Source: an uncultured virus (IMG/VR IMGVR_UViG_3300020447_000004) (Duplodnaviria; Heunggongvirae; Uroviricota; Caudoviricetes). From it: a stretch of 20,000 nt of DNA. The DNA lies in the IMG/VR virus record IMGVR_UViG_3300020447_000004, one strand, 5' to 3'. Positions 8,771 to 16,491 of this stretch are shown here, one piece after another. The translations under genes and the position numbers were made by a program. Every line of letters begins with the position of its first letter. Position 1 is the first letter of the stretch. Under the pieces are notes generated by a model. That model saw only the letters and a program-made list of their open reading frames with translations. It did no database searches and was not told the DNA's origin.

Positions 8771-9088
8771 TTAGGGTTGTGTGCGTTTTTGTCCGTCGAG
8801 GGTGTACCGGATGATGTAAGGTGAGCGTGTGAAGTCTCTTTCGCCGTCTTTCCAGTAGGATAGGATATCGAAGTTACCTGTGGGGTGGAAGGATACGTAA
8901 GCTGGGAGGTTGGTTCGGTGTCTCTTACCGTGTTGGTACCAGATAGCGAGGCATAGGGCCCCGGAGGGGTAGTATGACACGTAAGCGGGGCCCTCGGATC
9001 TGTGTTTGAGTCCATCACGGTAGAACTGGACTGCGGCACAGATTCCATGAGAGAAGGTGAAGGATTGGATGGTGTGGACGTGTTTCAT
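8771..9088 (-). CDS. LHRxxGPA repeat protein, MKHxYTL-like N-terminus
   Basis: MKHVHTI...KHRSEGPA...RHRTNLPA. Confidence 0.8.
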   Translation of the reverse strand: MKHVHTIQSFTFSHGICAAVQFYRDGLKHRSEGPAYVSYYPSGALCLAIWYQHGKRHRTNLPAYVSFHPTGNFDILSYWKDGERDFTRSPYIIRYTLDGQKRTQP

Positions 9089-9090
9089 GG

Positions 9091-9765
9091 CTACCACTGT
9101 CCCGGGCTAATCCGCAATCCATAGAGGTCAAGTGGGGGAGGGTTGTGGATGTCCTGTAGACAGTCTCGCATGACCCGGAGGATGCCTGTAGCTGTTCCGG
9201 GGATGCAGTCGGGGAGGGCTGTCCATCCTTCGGTGTAACGGGACGGGCTTCGTGGGTGAGGGTCCAGCTCTCCCAGAGCCTTCCCACTGCCCCAGATCTG
9301 GTCAGGTGTTTTATCCGTCCACCTGTAGTAGCGTTCCCAGGGGTAGTACTTACCCTTGACTTGGATTTCCCCCCAGAGATGGATACCTGTTGCATCGGTC
9401 TCATAAGTGGTTCGGGGGTCTTGGGACACGATTTCAGCGCCCAACGCTTCCAGGTATTTTAGGCGACGCTGGGCGAGGTTGGGGGCATGGACATAGCGGT
9501 GACGGGCATGGACCCATTCAAGTCCTTCCAGGAGAGCCTTAAAGGCTTCTGTCTGGTCATATAGGGGGATGCGGTTGGGGTAGACCTGACCCATCCAGCA
9601 CAGACGGTACCGCGTCCCATCTAAGGAGACGGGGGTGAGGGTCCCTCGGACATGTGCATGGTCTGCGAGGGCATAGGAGATGTGGAGCGTGTCTCCCGAG
9701 ACATGACCCTGAAACTTCGGGTCATGTGCGGTCAGTCGGGATGCCAGTTGGTAGAGGGTGTTCAT
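9091..9765 (-). CDS. Hypothetical protein (224 aa), N-terminal LYQLASRL
   Basis: GGGAG RBS; own promoter candidate. Confidence 0.8.
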   Translation of the reverse strand: MNTLYQLASRLTAHDPKFQGHVSGDTLHISYALADHAHVRGTLTPVSLDGTRYRLCWMGQVYPNRIPLYDQTEAFKALLEGLEWVHARHRYVHAPNLAQRRLKYLEALGAEIVSQDPRTTYETDATGIHLWGEIQVKGKYYPWERYYRWTDKTPDQIWGSGKALGELDPHPRSPSRYTEGWTALPDCIPGTATGILRVMRDCLQDIHNPPPLDLYGLRISPGQW

Positions 9766-9788
9766 GAGTCTCCCTGGGTTTGTGGGAG

Positions 9789-9817
9789 GCTATACCACGT
9801 TGGGGCGGGTTTGTCAG
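9789..9817 (-). promoter_or_regulatory. Sigma70-like promoter candidate CTGACA-N17-TATAGC (TGn extended)
   Basis: In the intergenic gap upstream of ATG9765. Confidence 0.45.
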
Positions 9818-9835
9818 GGTCCGTCGGGTAAGGTG

Positions 9836-10132
9836 TCAGCCGTAGCGCAGGATGGCAGTGAGATCCGCTTCCGTGAGACATTGGACTTCGTCATCGTTTT
9901 GGTAGTAGGACCCATACAGCACCGACCCATCACGTTGGTACTCAATCGTAGCTGGGCCACCCTCGCGGTGCAGTTTTCCATGGAGGTAGTAAGAACGACG
10001 CATGACCGACCCGTCTGGGCGGTACTCGATGTAAGCGGGTCTGCCTTCCCGGTGCAGCTGTCCCGCATCGTTGAGGTACTCCTCTCGCATGAGAGTCCCC
10101 TCGGGGTAGTAGGTCTTCACAGACTCAGACAT
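9836..10132 (-). CDS. LHRxxGPA repeat protein (MSESVKTYY...)
   Basis: GGAG RBS before ATG10132; two repeat units. Confidence 0.85.
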   Translation of the reverse strand: MSESVKTYYPEGTLMREEYLNDAGQLHREGRPAYIEYRPDGSVMRRSYYLHGKLHREGGPATIEYQRDGSVLYGSYYQNDDEVQCLTEADLTAILRYG

Positions 10133-10163
10133 TTTCGTTTCTCCGCTTTCGAGGGCCGAGGGC

Positions 10164-10421
10164 TCAGCAGTAGCGCAAGGCGGCAGCATTCTGGGCCTTG
10201 GCCAGTGCCGACTCAGCGAGACGCCATTCCGAGTAAGCTGCGTCCATGGCCTGCTCCGCACGGTACTCCTCACAGACCTTGCGGCAGCGGGCACCACCAC
10301 AATCACACTCCGACATATCCAGAGCACGCCCCGCCCGCCGGTAGCGCACCTGAGCAGCATCGATCGTGGCACGGGCAGACAGGACGGCGGGGGAAGCGTT
10401 GACGTAGTCGGTGCAGGACAT
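10164..10421 (-). CDS. Small Ala-rich helical protein with CxC-x4-C-x3-C cluster
   Basis: First ORF after module 4. Confidence 0.75.
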   Translation of the reverse strand: MSCTDYVNASPAVLSARATIDAAQVRYRRAGRALDMSECDCGGARCRKVCEEYRAEQAMDAAYSEWRLAESALAKAQNAAALRYC

Positions 10422-10428
10422 CTTGAGT

Positions 10429-10484
10429 CTCCGTAGCGGTTACAGGTAAGAGACGCATGAGAGACCCAAAAGTCAGAGACTTTC
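10429..10484 (-). promoter_or_regulatory. Conserved promoter/leader module, copy 4
   Basis: Palindrome 10469-10483; N16 spacer 10456-10471; ctgtaaccgctacggag. Confidence 0.85.
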
Positions 10485-10655
10485 TACACTTTCTCCGTGT
10501 AGGTAGTAGTACTCATGCCGCACAGTCCCGTCTCTTCGATACCCGATGACAGCAGGACCGGAGGCCCTGTGTAGACCTCCGTGGTGGTAGTAGTACTCAC
10601 ACCACACCGCTCCGTCAGATCGATAGGTGATTTTTCGGCATTGGGTCAAGACCAT
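10473..10655 (-). CDS. Short LHRxxGPA protein ending VESL in module 4
   Basis: AAGGAG RBS; paralog of 13482-13664. Confidence 0.8.
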   Translation of the reverse strand: MVLTQCRKITYRSDGAVWCEYYYHHGGLHRASGPAVIGYRRDGTVRHEYYYLHGESVESL

Positions 10656-10697
10656 TTAGCTCCTTTAAACAGAGTCCAGCCCAAAGCTGCTCAGTAC

Positions 10698-11042
10698 CTA
10701 CACAGACCCGTCATCATAGCGCAGCTCCTTGGCGGACCCGTCTTCACGAGTATCACCCGGGAAGATCTTCACGAGGGGACGGTGCGACCGGATCCAACGC
10801 CCCTCCTCCCAGTACTCCATATGAGTGACGTACCCCTCATCTCCGTACCAGATGACAGCGGGACCTTCCTCACGGTGGCGCATGCCGTGCTGGTAGTACA
10901 CCACACGCCAGACGCGGCCTGTCTTCTGGCCCCGCTCAATGTAGGCGGGACCCTCGTCACGGTGCATCCGCCCCTCTGCGTCACGGTAGATGGTAGAGGG
11001 GTTGAACTTTTCCGTGGTCGGATTGTAGAGAGGCTTGGGCAT
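10698..11042 (-). CDS. LHRxxGPA repeat protein with distinct C-terminal tail; paralog of 15131-15488
   Basis: GGAG RBS before ATG11042. In-frame upstream mini-unit from ATG11120. The TAG stop aligns with TGG in the paralog. Confidence 0.75.
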   Translation of the reverse strand: MPKPLYNPTTEKFNPSTIYRDAEGRMHRDEGPAYIERGQKTGRVWRVVYYQHGMRHREEGPAVIWYGDEGYVTHMEYWEEGRWIRSHRPLVKIFPGDTREDGSAKELRYDDGSV

Positions 11043-11154
11043 TTTTGTTTCTCCGTGTAGGTAGTAGTGCTCTCGCTCCACAGTCCTGTCAAGGTAATAG
11101 CTCTTCACCGACTCAGGCATGTCAGGCTTCTGTAGCAAGGTCCCTAAGACTTTC

Positions 11155-11183
11155 GCCTCAGGGGCCTTAGGTGCCCCTCAGGC
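11155..11183 (-). terminator. Hairpin at end of 11178-11549
   Basis: gcctcaggggc-N7-gcccctcaggc (one mismatch); no U-tract. Confidence 0.35.
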
Positions 11184-11549
11184 CACGATGTACTTCTTCT
11201 CCACGAACCACCGCACACCCTCACTGTCCACCACCTCAACGCAGCTCGGGATGTCGTAGTAGCCCCGACGAGCCTTGACGCGACCCCGCACCACCTTGAA
11301 CTCCGTCTCACGACGGTCACGTGCGTAGATGGAGCTGGGGGGAAGCTTGGTCTCGCCAGCCGAATCCATGCCCTTGGAAGCGTCGGAAGCGGCCCACCGC
11401 TCGTAGTCCTCCTGGTTCGGGGCACGCCACATCTCCACGGCACGGACGTTGTAGCGGTCCATGCCCTCAGGGCAGGCATCCGTCAGCTCACCCGAGATCC
11501 GGTTGCGGTAGAGAGGGATGCGGACGGTCATGTTCTTGCGGATGCTCAT
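11178..11549 (-). CDS. Hypothetical protein
   Basis: First ORF after module 5; RBS. Confidence 0.8.
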   Translation of the reverse strand: MSIRKNMTVRIPLYRNRISGELTDACPEGMDRYNVRAVEMWRAPNQEDYERWAASDASKGMDSAGETKLPPSSIYARDRRETEFKVVRGRVKARRGYYDIPSCVEVVDSEGVRWFVEKKYIVA

Positions 11550-11556
11550 TTCGTTT

Positions 11557-11612
11557 CTCCGTAGCGGTTACATGATAGAGACGTTTGGAGAGACCAAAAG
11601 TCAGAGACTTTC
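11557..11612 (-). promoter_or_regulatory. Conserved promoter/leader module, copy 5
   Basis: Palindrome 11597-11611; N16 spacer 11584-11599. Confidence 0.85.
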
Positions 11613-11699
11613 TACCTTTTTTCCGTGCAGGTAGTCCTCCTCACGCACCACCGTCCCTCCCTTTCAATATCAGAGTCTTCGGGTGTGTTCGCCCTTCAC
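11601..11699 (-). pseudogene. Remnant of repeat-protein minigene
   Basis: Manual translation VKGEHTRRL*Y*KGGTVVREEDYLHGKKVESL*. Confidence 0.7.
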
Positions 11700-11705
11700 G
11701 TGCCG

Positions 11706-12038
11706 CTATCCCTTCTCCACGTCCCTCAAGAGACGCTTCGTGGACCCCAACTCCCCCAACACCTGATCCAGCTCGTACTTTGGGGGACGGCGACACAGCT
11801 GTAGCTCCTCCAACTGCTTCTCCAGGTAGGCAATCCGCCACCGCAATGCCTTAGGGTGGTAGGATCCCCACACGTCCACCAGACCGTTCGGGACCGTACC
11901 GTGTCCCCAGTACTTCTCACTGACCTCTCCGGGCCGGTCCAGATCCACACGGAAGGTAAGAGGTTGGCTATTGAACCACGATGACGACCGGGAGTCGTAC
12001 ATAGGTGGGGGCGGGTCAGTGTAGTTACGGTACCACAT
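11706..12038 (-). CDS. Hypothetical protein with C-terminal coiled coil (MWYRNYTD...)
   Basis: GGTGA RBS before ATG12038, adjacent to the upstream stop. Confidence 0.65.
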   Translation of the reverse strand: MWYRNYTDPPPPMYDSRSSSWFNSQPLTFRVDLDRPGEVSEKYWGHGTVPNGLVDVWGSYHPKALRWRIAYLEKQLEELQLCRRPPKYELDQVLGELGSTKRLLRDVEKG

Positions 12039-12042
12039 TTTG

Positions 12043-12843
12043 TCACCGAATGACAGAAGGAGAGTAGTAGACTGCGTGGACGTTATTCCGGGAAGGGCCG
12101 CCACAGGGAGCCTGTTGGAAGTCTCGCAGGTCATCGGCCCACTGACGTGCATCCGCCACGACAGCCCGAAACTGGTCCAGGATCCGGTCCTTCTCGTCAT
12201 CCGGCAACGTACTCTCCGCTACAGCCGTCACCGCATTACCCAACTTCTCGGCTGCGGTTCGGTTGAGCATACGCAGCCGCTGAAGGCTCTTTGCCACACT
12301 CACGCGCTCCTGAGCCTTACGACGCTTCTCCTGCTCAGCCTTGTACTCCTTGAGACGTACCAGCTCCTTCTTGAGACGCTCCTCGGCCTTCTGTAGTTCG
12401 GCCAGACGGGTCTTCACCATCTCCAGACACTTCTCCTTGTTCTGTTGGATGAGGGCCTGTAGAACGATCTGTGGCACCTCTCCGTAGACACTACTGGGCT
12501 TGATGCCGTCTCGCTGAGCATGGGTCAGCTCCATATACCGACATGTGATATGGTCTTCGATGGAGGTCTGTCCGTTCAAGATGGACTGAGCAATGGAGAT
12601 AGCCTCCCCTACCTCAGGTAGGGTTTCTTCTGGATTGAGCTTCCACCAAAGCCCCTTCGGAGTGAGGGTGTGCGCAGGCTCCAACACCGCCTCTCCCGAA
12701 AACTCCAGGTCATCTCGGGTCAGTGCGACCTTCCCCTTACGTGCCTTACGTTTGTTGTAGGCACGGATCAGCGAAGTCACGACGGAGTCTGGCATGCTCC
12801 GAATGTCTGCATCGGTGAGAGTGATGTCAACCTGCTTGCTCAT
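12043..12843 (-). CDS. Coiled-coil hypothetical protein; paralog of 14257-15063
   Basis: Shared blocks THAxRxGIKPSSVY and RLRMLNRTAAEKL. Confidence 0.85.
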   Translation of the reverse strand: MSKQVDITLTDADIRSMPDSVVTSLIRAYNKRKARKGKVALTRDDLEFSGEAVLEPAHTLTPKGLWWKLNPEETLPEVGEAISIAQSILNGQTSIEDHITCRYMELTHAQRDGIKPSSVYGEVPQIVLQALIQQNKEKCLEMVKTRLAELQKAEERLKKELVRLKEYKAEQEKRRKAQERVSVAKSLQRLRMLNRTAAEKLGNAVTAVAESTLPDDEKDRILDQFRAVVADARQWADDLRDFQQAPCGGPSRNNVHAVYYSPSVIR

Positions 12844-12906
12844 GAATATCTCCGGGAAAGGGTTTCCAGGGGGCTATCCTACCCACCCCCCCACTGTCCA
12901 GTACTT

Positions 12907-13428
12907 TCAGGAGTAGGACCATTCCTGAGTCGGGATGACCTTCGTAAGATCCTGCCCCAGCTCCTCGTCAATGACCTGAGAAACGAGACGGTAGAGGGTC
13001 TGTGCAGCCTCAGGGGAGTCGCAGCTGATGCGGAGGTAGCGCCGCTCCTGGGCACTGTCACGGGAGACCAGCATGACCGTGGAGCCGCTCTGGCCCATGG
13101 TAACAGCCTCCAGGACATCCTCCCGAAGGAGGTCCTCATGTTCCTGAATCAGCTGGTAGTAGCTGTTCTCCCAGGCAGCCTTGACGATGTCACGTGCCTC
13201 GTCCCAGCACTGCTCATCCATGTCATCCACAAAGCCCATACGGGCCATCTCGTAGCCCTCGGACATGCAGTAGAGATCATGGTTTTCGCACACGTCACTC
13301 CAGGGAGTCACAGGACTCACCTCAGCCAGTAGAGCGCTCGACAGGTTTTCAACGTAGCGACGGACCAGAGCCTCACGGTTGGCACGGTCAGACATGGTAG
13401 AGGAGAGGTAGTTCTTGAAGTAAGACAC
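12907..13428 (-). CDS. Acidic hypothetical protein (GTG start)
   Basis: AAAGGTGA RBS at the end of module 6. Confidence 0.75.
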   Translation of the reverse strand: MSYFKNYLSSTMSDRANREALVRRYVENLSSALLAEVSPVTPWSDVCENHDLYCMSEGYEMARMGFVDDMDEQCWDEARDIVKAAWENSYYQLIQEHEDLLREDVLEAVTMGQSGSTVMLVSRDSAQERRYLRISCDSPEAAQTLYRLVSQVIDEELGQDLTKVIPTQEWSYS

Positions 13429-13435
13429 GGTGTCA

Positions 13436-13493
13436 CCTTTCGTAGTGGTTACTGTCAGTAGACGCACGAGAGACCTAAAAGTCAGAGACTTTC
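13436..13493 (-). promoter_or_regulatory. Conserved promoter/leader module, copy 6
   Basis: Palindrome 13478-13492; N16 spacer 13465-13480. Confidence 0.85.
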
Positions 13494-13664
13494 TTCACTT
13501 TCTCCGTTTAGGTAGTAGTCATCACCCTCCACAGTCCCGTCAGGATGATACCAGATGACAGCAGGGCCTCCGGCCCTGTGCCTCTCTCCGTTTAGGTAGT
13601 AGTACTCATACAAGACAGACTTGTCGGACCGATACGTAAGTCTTCGGGTGTAGGTCGGAGTCAC
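13482..13664 (-). CDS. Short LHRxxGPA protein ending EESL in module 6
   Basis: GTGA overlap with the upstream gene. Confidence 0.8.
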   Translation of the reverse strand: MTPTYTRRLTYRSDKSVLYEYYYLNGERHRAGGPAVIWYHPDGTVEGDDYYLNGESEESL

Positions 13665-14101
13665 AGAGCCTCGCCCCGCAGGTAGCTCGCCTCCCAGAGC
13701 ACCTCACCATCTTCTGCATACTCGATGTAGGCAGGCCCCTTCGAGCGATGGAGCTGATCCAGACAGTAGTATTCCACCTTCAGGGGCTGACCACTGGGGT
13801 AGCGCACGATGTAAGCAGGGCCGTCGATCCGATGCTTCTCACCCGCCAGATAGTAGATCTCCTTACGGGGGCGCCCCTGTTCATCATAGTGAATGACCGC
13901 AGGCTTACCCCACCGATGGAGCATACTCCGGTTGTACCACTTGTGGTAGATGACCGACCCATCCTCCCGGAACTTGACCACCGCAGGGAGGTCCCCGGAC
14001 CCTTCCAGCTCACCGTCATCGTTGAAGCGACGGATGGCCTGGAGGGCTCCGCTGGGGTAGAAGGCGTAGAGCGTGTTGCCGAATTCGAGGGAGGAGGGCA
14101 T
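13661..14101 (-). CDS. LHRxxGPA repeat protein
   Basis: Four repeat units; follows module 7. Confidence 0.85.
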   Translation of the reverse strand: MPSSLEFGNTLYAFYPSGALQAIRRFNDDGELEGSGDLPAVVKFREDGSVIYHKWYNRSMLHRWGKPAVIHYDEQGRPRKEIYYLAGEKHRIDGPAYIVRYPSGQPLKVEYYCLDQLHRSKGPAYIEYAEDGEVLWEASYLRGEAL

Positions 14102-14108
14102 GTCATGT

Positions 14109-14164
14109 CTCCGTAGTGGGTACAGGTAAGAGACGCACGAGGGACCTGAAAGTCAGAGACTTTC
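14109..14164 (-). promoter_or_regulatory. Conserved promoter/leader module, copy 7
   Basis: Palindrome 14149-14163; N16 spacer 14136-14151; 3' part identical to copy 1 (cgtgcgtctcttacctgtacccactacggaga). Confidence 0.85.
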
Positions 14165-14245
14165 TACCCTTTTTCCGTTCAGGTAGTACTCCTCCCACTC
14201 TACAGACACGTCGGGTTGCTACTCGATTCTTCGGGTGTAGAGTGA
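14153..14245 (-). pseudogene. Remnant of repeat-protein minigene
   Basis: Manual translation SLYTRRIE*QPDVSVEWEEYYLNGKRVESL*. Confidence 0.7.
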
Positions 14246-14256
14246 CGCCGTAAAAA

Positions 14257-15063
14257 CTACGTAGAACCAACTACGGTCCACATCGGCCCCCTACTCCGAT
14301 ATCCTCCACACCCCCCTCGGTGGAAATCCTGTAGGTCACGCTCCCACTGACGTGCCTCACCCACCACGGCCTCGAAATTCGCCAGAATCTCGTCCTTCTC
14401 TGCGCCAGGGAGCGTGCTCCGTGCCACGCTCAACACCGCCTCCTCCAGCTTCTCGGCTGCTGTCCGATTGAGCATTCGCAGACGACCCATGCCCCGTGCA
14501 GGAGCCTCTCGCTTGGAAATCAACTCGCGTGCCTCCTGCTCCACCTTCTGTTCCCGAAGCTTCACACACAGAGTCTTCAACTCCTCCACCTTGGTCAGAA
14601 GGGTCGCGCGCTGAGTCCTCACCATCTTCATGCACGCCTTCCGGTTCTATTCCACCAACTGACTCTGGACCGACTTCGGAAGGCTAACATACACACTGCT
14701 CGGCTTAATACCCTCCCGTGGAGCATGCGTCAAGCCCATCTGACTGACATACAGATGTTCAAACAGGTCCGCATCTCCCCCCAACACTTGCCGTGCCGTC
14801 TCTGATGCCTCCTCGACCTGAGAGAGCTTACGGATAGCCGTGTCCAGACACCACGTATAGCTGTACACCATCAACGGACCTCCCAGACTCTCCCCTACCT
14901 GAATCGACACCTCACCCAAAAACTCCATGTCACCCTTCGCCAGAGGGGTCTTCTTCCGTCGAGCCTTCCGTTTGTTGAAAGCCCGTAGCAAGGGTCCGGT
15001 GACCGAATCCGGCATGTCCCGGATCTGTTCATTGGTGAGCTTGAGGGTAATCTGCTGTGTCAT
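14257..15063 (-). pseudogene. Coiled-coil protein paralog interrupted by in-frame TAG (14647-14649)
   Basis: The two track ORFs are in the same frame; the TAG aligns with CAG (Gln) in 12043-12843. Confidence 0.8.
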
Positions 15064-15109
15064 TTGACCTCCGTGTATTGTGGTGGGACATATCACCTCA
15101 GTCCCTTCA

Positions 15110-15151
15110 GTGCCACTACGGTTTGGGGACCTACCCAAACCGTAGTGGCAC
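15110..15151. repeat. Perfect 18-bp inverted repeat, 6-nt loop
   Basis: gtgccactacggtttggg-gaccta-cccaaaccgtagtggcac. Confidence 0.95.
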
Positions 15152-15488
15152 CCACTCCTCCCCATCCGCGTAGCGCAGTCCCGTCGCAGCCCCATCCTCC
15201 CGAGTCTCACGGGGGTACAGCTTCACAATGGGACGGTGCGACCGGACCCAACGCCCCTCCTCCCAGTACTCCATATTACCCCTCAGCCCCATACCAGATG
15301 ATAGCGGGACCTTCCTCGCGATGTCGCTGCCCGTGACGGTAGTACTCCTCACGCCAAACTCGGTCGGTCTTCCGATCCCGCTCAATGAAGGCGGGACCTT
15401 CCTCACGATGGACCCGTCCCTCAGAATCACGGTAGATGACATGAGGGTAGGGCTCGTTTGTAAGCGGATTGTTCATCGGTTCAGACAT
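15131..15488 (-). pseudogene. Frameshifted paralog of 10698-11042
   Basis: 8-nt deletion near 15276 (gaggggta[cgtcactc]atatggag) splits WYGAEG from MEYWEEGRW. Confidence 0.8.
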
Positions 15489-15495
15489 TTTCATC

Positions 15496-15566
15496 CTCCA
15501 TTGGACAGGTAAGAGACGTTGGGACAGGTAAGATGCGCACGGGACTCCCAAAAGTCAGAGACTTTC
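15496..15566 (-). promoter_or_regulatory. Conserved module, copy 8 (rearranged)
   Basis: Palindrome 15551-15565; -10 position reads CGCA; ggacaggtaaga duplicated at 15503 and 15522. Confidence 0.7.
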
Positions 15567-15983
15567 TACCTTTTTCCCGTTTAGGTAGTAGGTCTCACTG
15601 GAGACAGACCCGTCGGATCGGTAGAGGGTGTAAGCAGGGCCTTCGGCCCTGTGACTCTTACCCTTTAGGTAGTAGGACTCACTCTCCACCGTCCCGTCTT
15701 TTCGATACCAGATGGAAGCCGGACCTCCGGTCCGGTGCCTCGGCCCGTTCTGGTAGTAGGTCTCACGCTCCACAGTCCCGTCTTTTCGATACCAGATGGA
15801 AGCCGGACCTCCGGCCCTGTGTTTGAGACCGTTTTGGTAGTAGGTCTCACAGAAGACCGGCCCGTCTCCGTAATACATGATGACAGCCGGGCCTTCGGCC
15901 CGATGCAGCTGCCCGTCCTCGTTGAGGTACTCCTCACGCAGGAGGATTCCGTCAGGGCTGTAGACCTTCACAGGCTCAGACAT
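15555..15983 (-). CDS. LHRxxGPA repeat protein (MSEPVKVY...) ending VESL
   Basis: Four units; two near-identical 84-nt units (40-nt exact match at 15691 and 15775). Confidence 0.9.
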   Translation of the reverse strand: MSEPVKVYSPDGILLREEYLNEDGQLHRAEGPAVIMYYGDGPVFCETYYQNGLKHRAGGPASIWYRKDGTVERETYYQNGPRHRTGGPASIWYRKDGTVESESYYLKGKSHRAEGPAYTLYRSDGSVSSETYYLNGKKVESL

Positions 15984-15989
15984 TTCGCA

Positions 15990-16045
15990 CTCCGTAGCGG
16001 TTACAGTCAGTAGACGCACCAGAGACCCGAAAGTCAGAGATCTTC
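15990..16045 (-). promoter_or_regulatory. Conserved promoter/leader module, copy 9 (imperfect palindrome)
   Basis: gaagatctctgactttc; N16 spacer 16017-16032; ctgtaaccgctacggag. Confidence 0.85.
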
Positions 16046-16056
16046 GGGAGAAAATC

Positions 16057-16371
16057 TCACGCGGTAGCGAGCTTGCAGAGGGTGGCACATGCGCGACGAG
16101 CGGTACGCTTGTTCGCAGACTTGCCCATGAGATGGTAGTACCAGACCGCACCAACCCCACGCAGGCAGTACTTCACGTGATGGTAGAGACCATCCACCGT
16201 TAACTTCCCGCGCGTACTCAGGTGAGCCATCACGTTGTCACGGTAGATCAGCACCTTCGTCCCGTTGGGCATCACGAGTTCGGTCGCGGTCCCGTAGGAG
16301 TCAATCTCGACAGGAGTCACCGAGAGGGCACGGGCAGTCAGGTCGTCAGCAAGCTCAGATCGAACGCTCAT
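16057..16371 (-). CDS. Hypothetical protein, single gene between modules 10 and 9
   Basis: RBS in module 10. Confidence 0.8.
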   Translation of the reverse strand: MSVRSELADDLTARALSVTPVEIDSYGTATELVMPNGTKVLIYRDNVMAHLSTRGKLTVDGLYHHVKYCLRGVGAVWYYHLMGKSANKRTARRACATLCKLATA

Positions 16372-16378
16372 GTTGTGT

Positions 16379-16430
16379 CTCCGTAGTGGTTACAGTCCGT
16401 AGACGCTCCAGGGGAGCAAAAGTCAGAGAG
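16379..16430 (-). promoter_or_regulatory. Conserved promoter/leader module, copy 10 (half palindrome)
   Basis: tctctgactttt; N16 spacer 16406-16421; ctgtaaccactacggag. Confidence 0.85.
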
Positions 16431-16491
16431 ATCTTCTTAATTGGGGTGGCGTAGTGCAGTGAAACCCTTTATGGGGTGTATAGGAGGTAAG

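Noticed and set aside
1833..13332. Long antisense or alternate-frame ORFs (e.g. 1833-2690, 2362-3024, 9758-10402, 12670-13332, 8534-8824)
   Set aside because: They are shadows of better-supported genes in GC-rich DNA or lie in repeat tracts, with no RBS or family motif.
6464..14649. Genome-wide TAG-to-Gln recoding
   Set aside because: Premature TAGs align to Gln, Tyr and Trp in paralogs, most genes are open in code 11, and several end plausibly at TAG.
10698..15488. Diversity-generating retroelement TR/VR pair
   Set aside because: Paralog differences are not confined to adenines and no reverse transcriptase is present.
309..16160. Track ORF starts extending through the module (309, 680, 13467, 15551, 16160)
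   Set aside because: These N-terminal extensions merely translate the regulatory module; the true starts follow its RBS.
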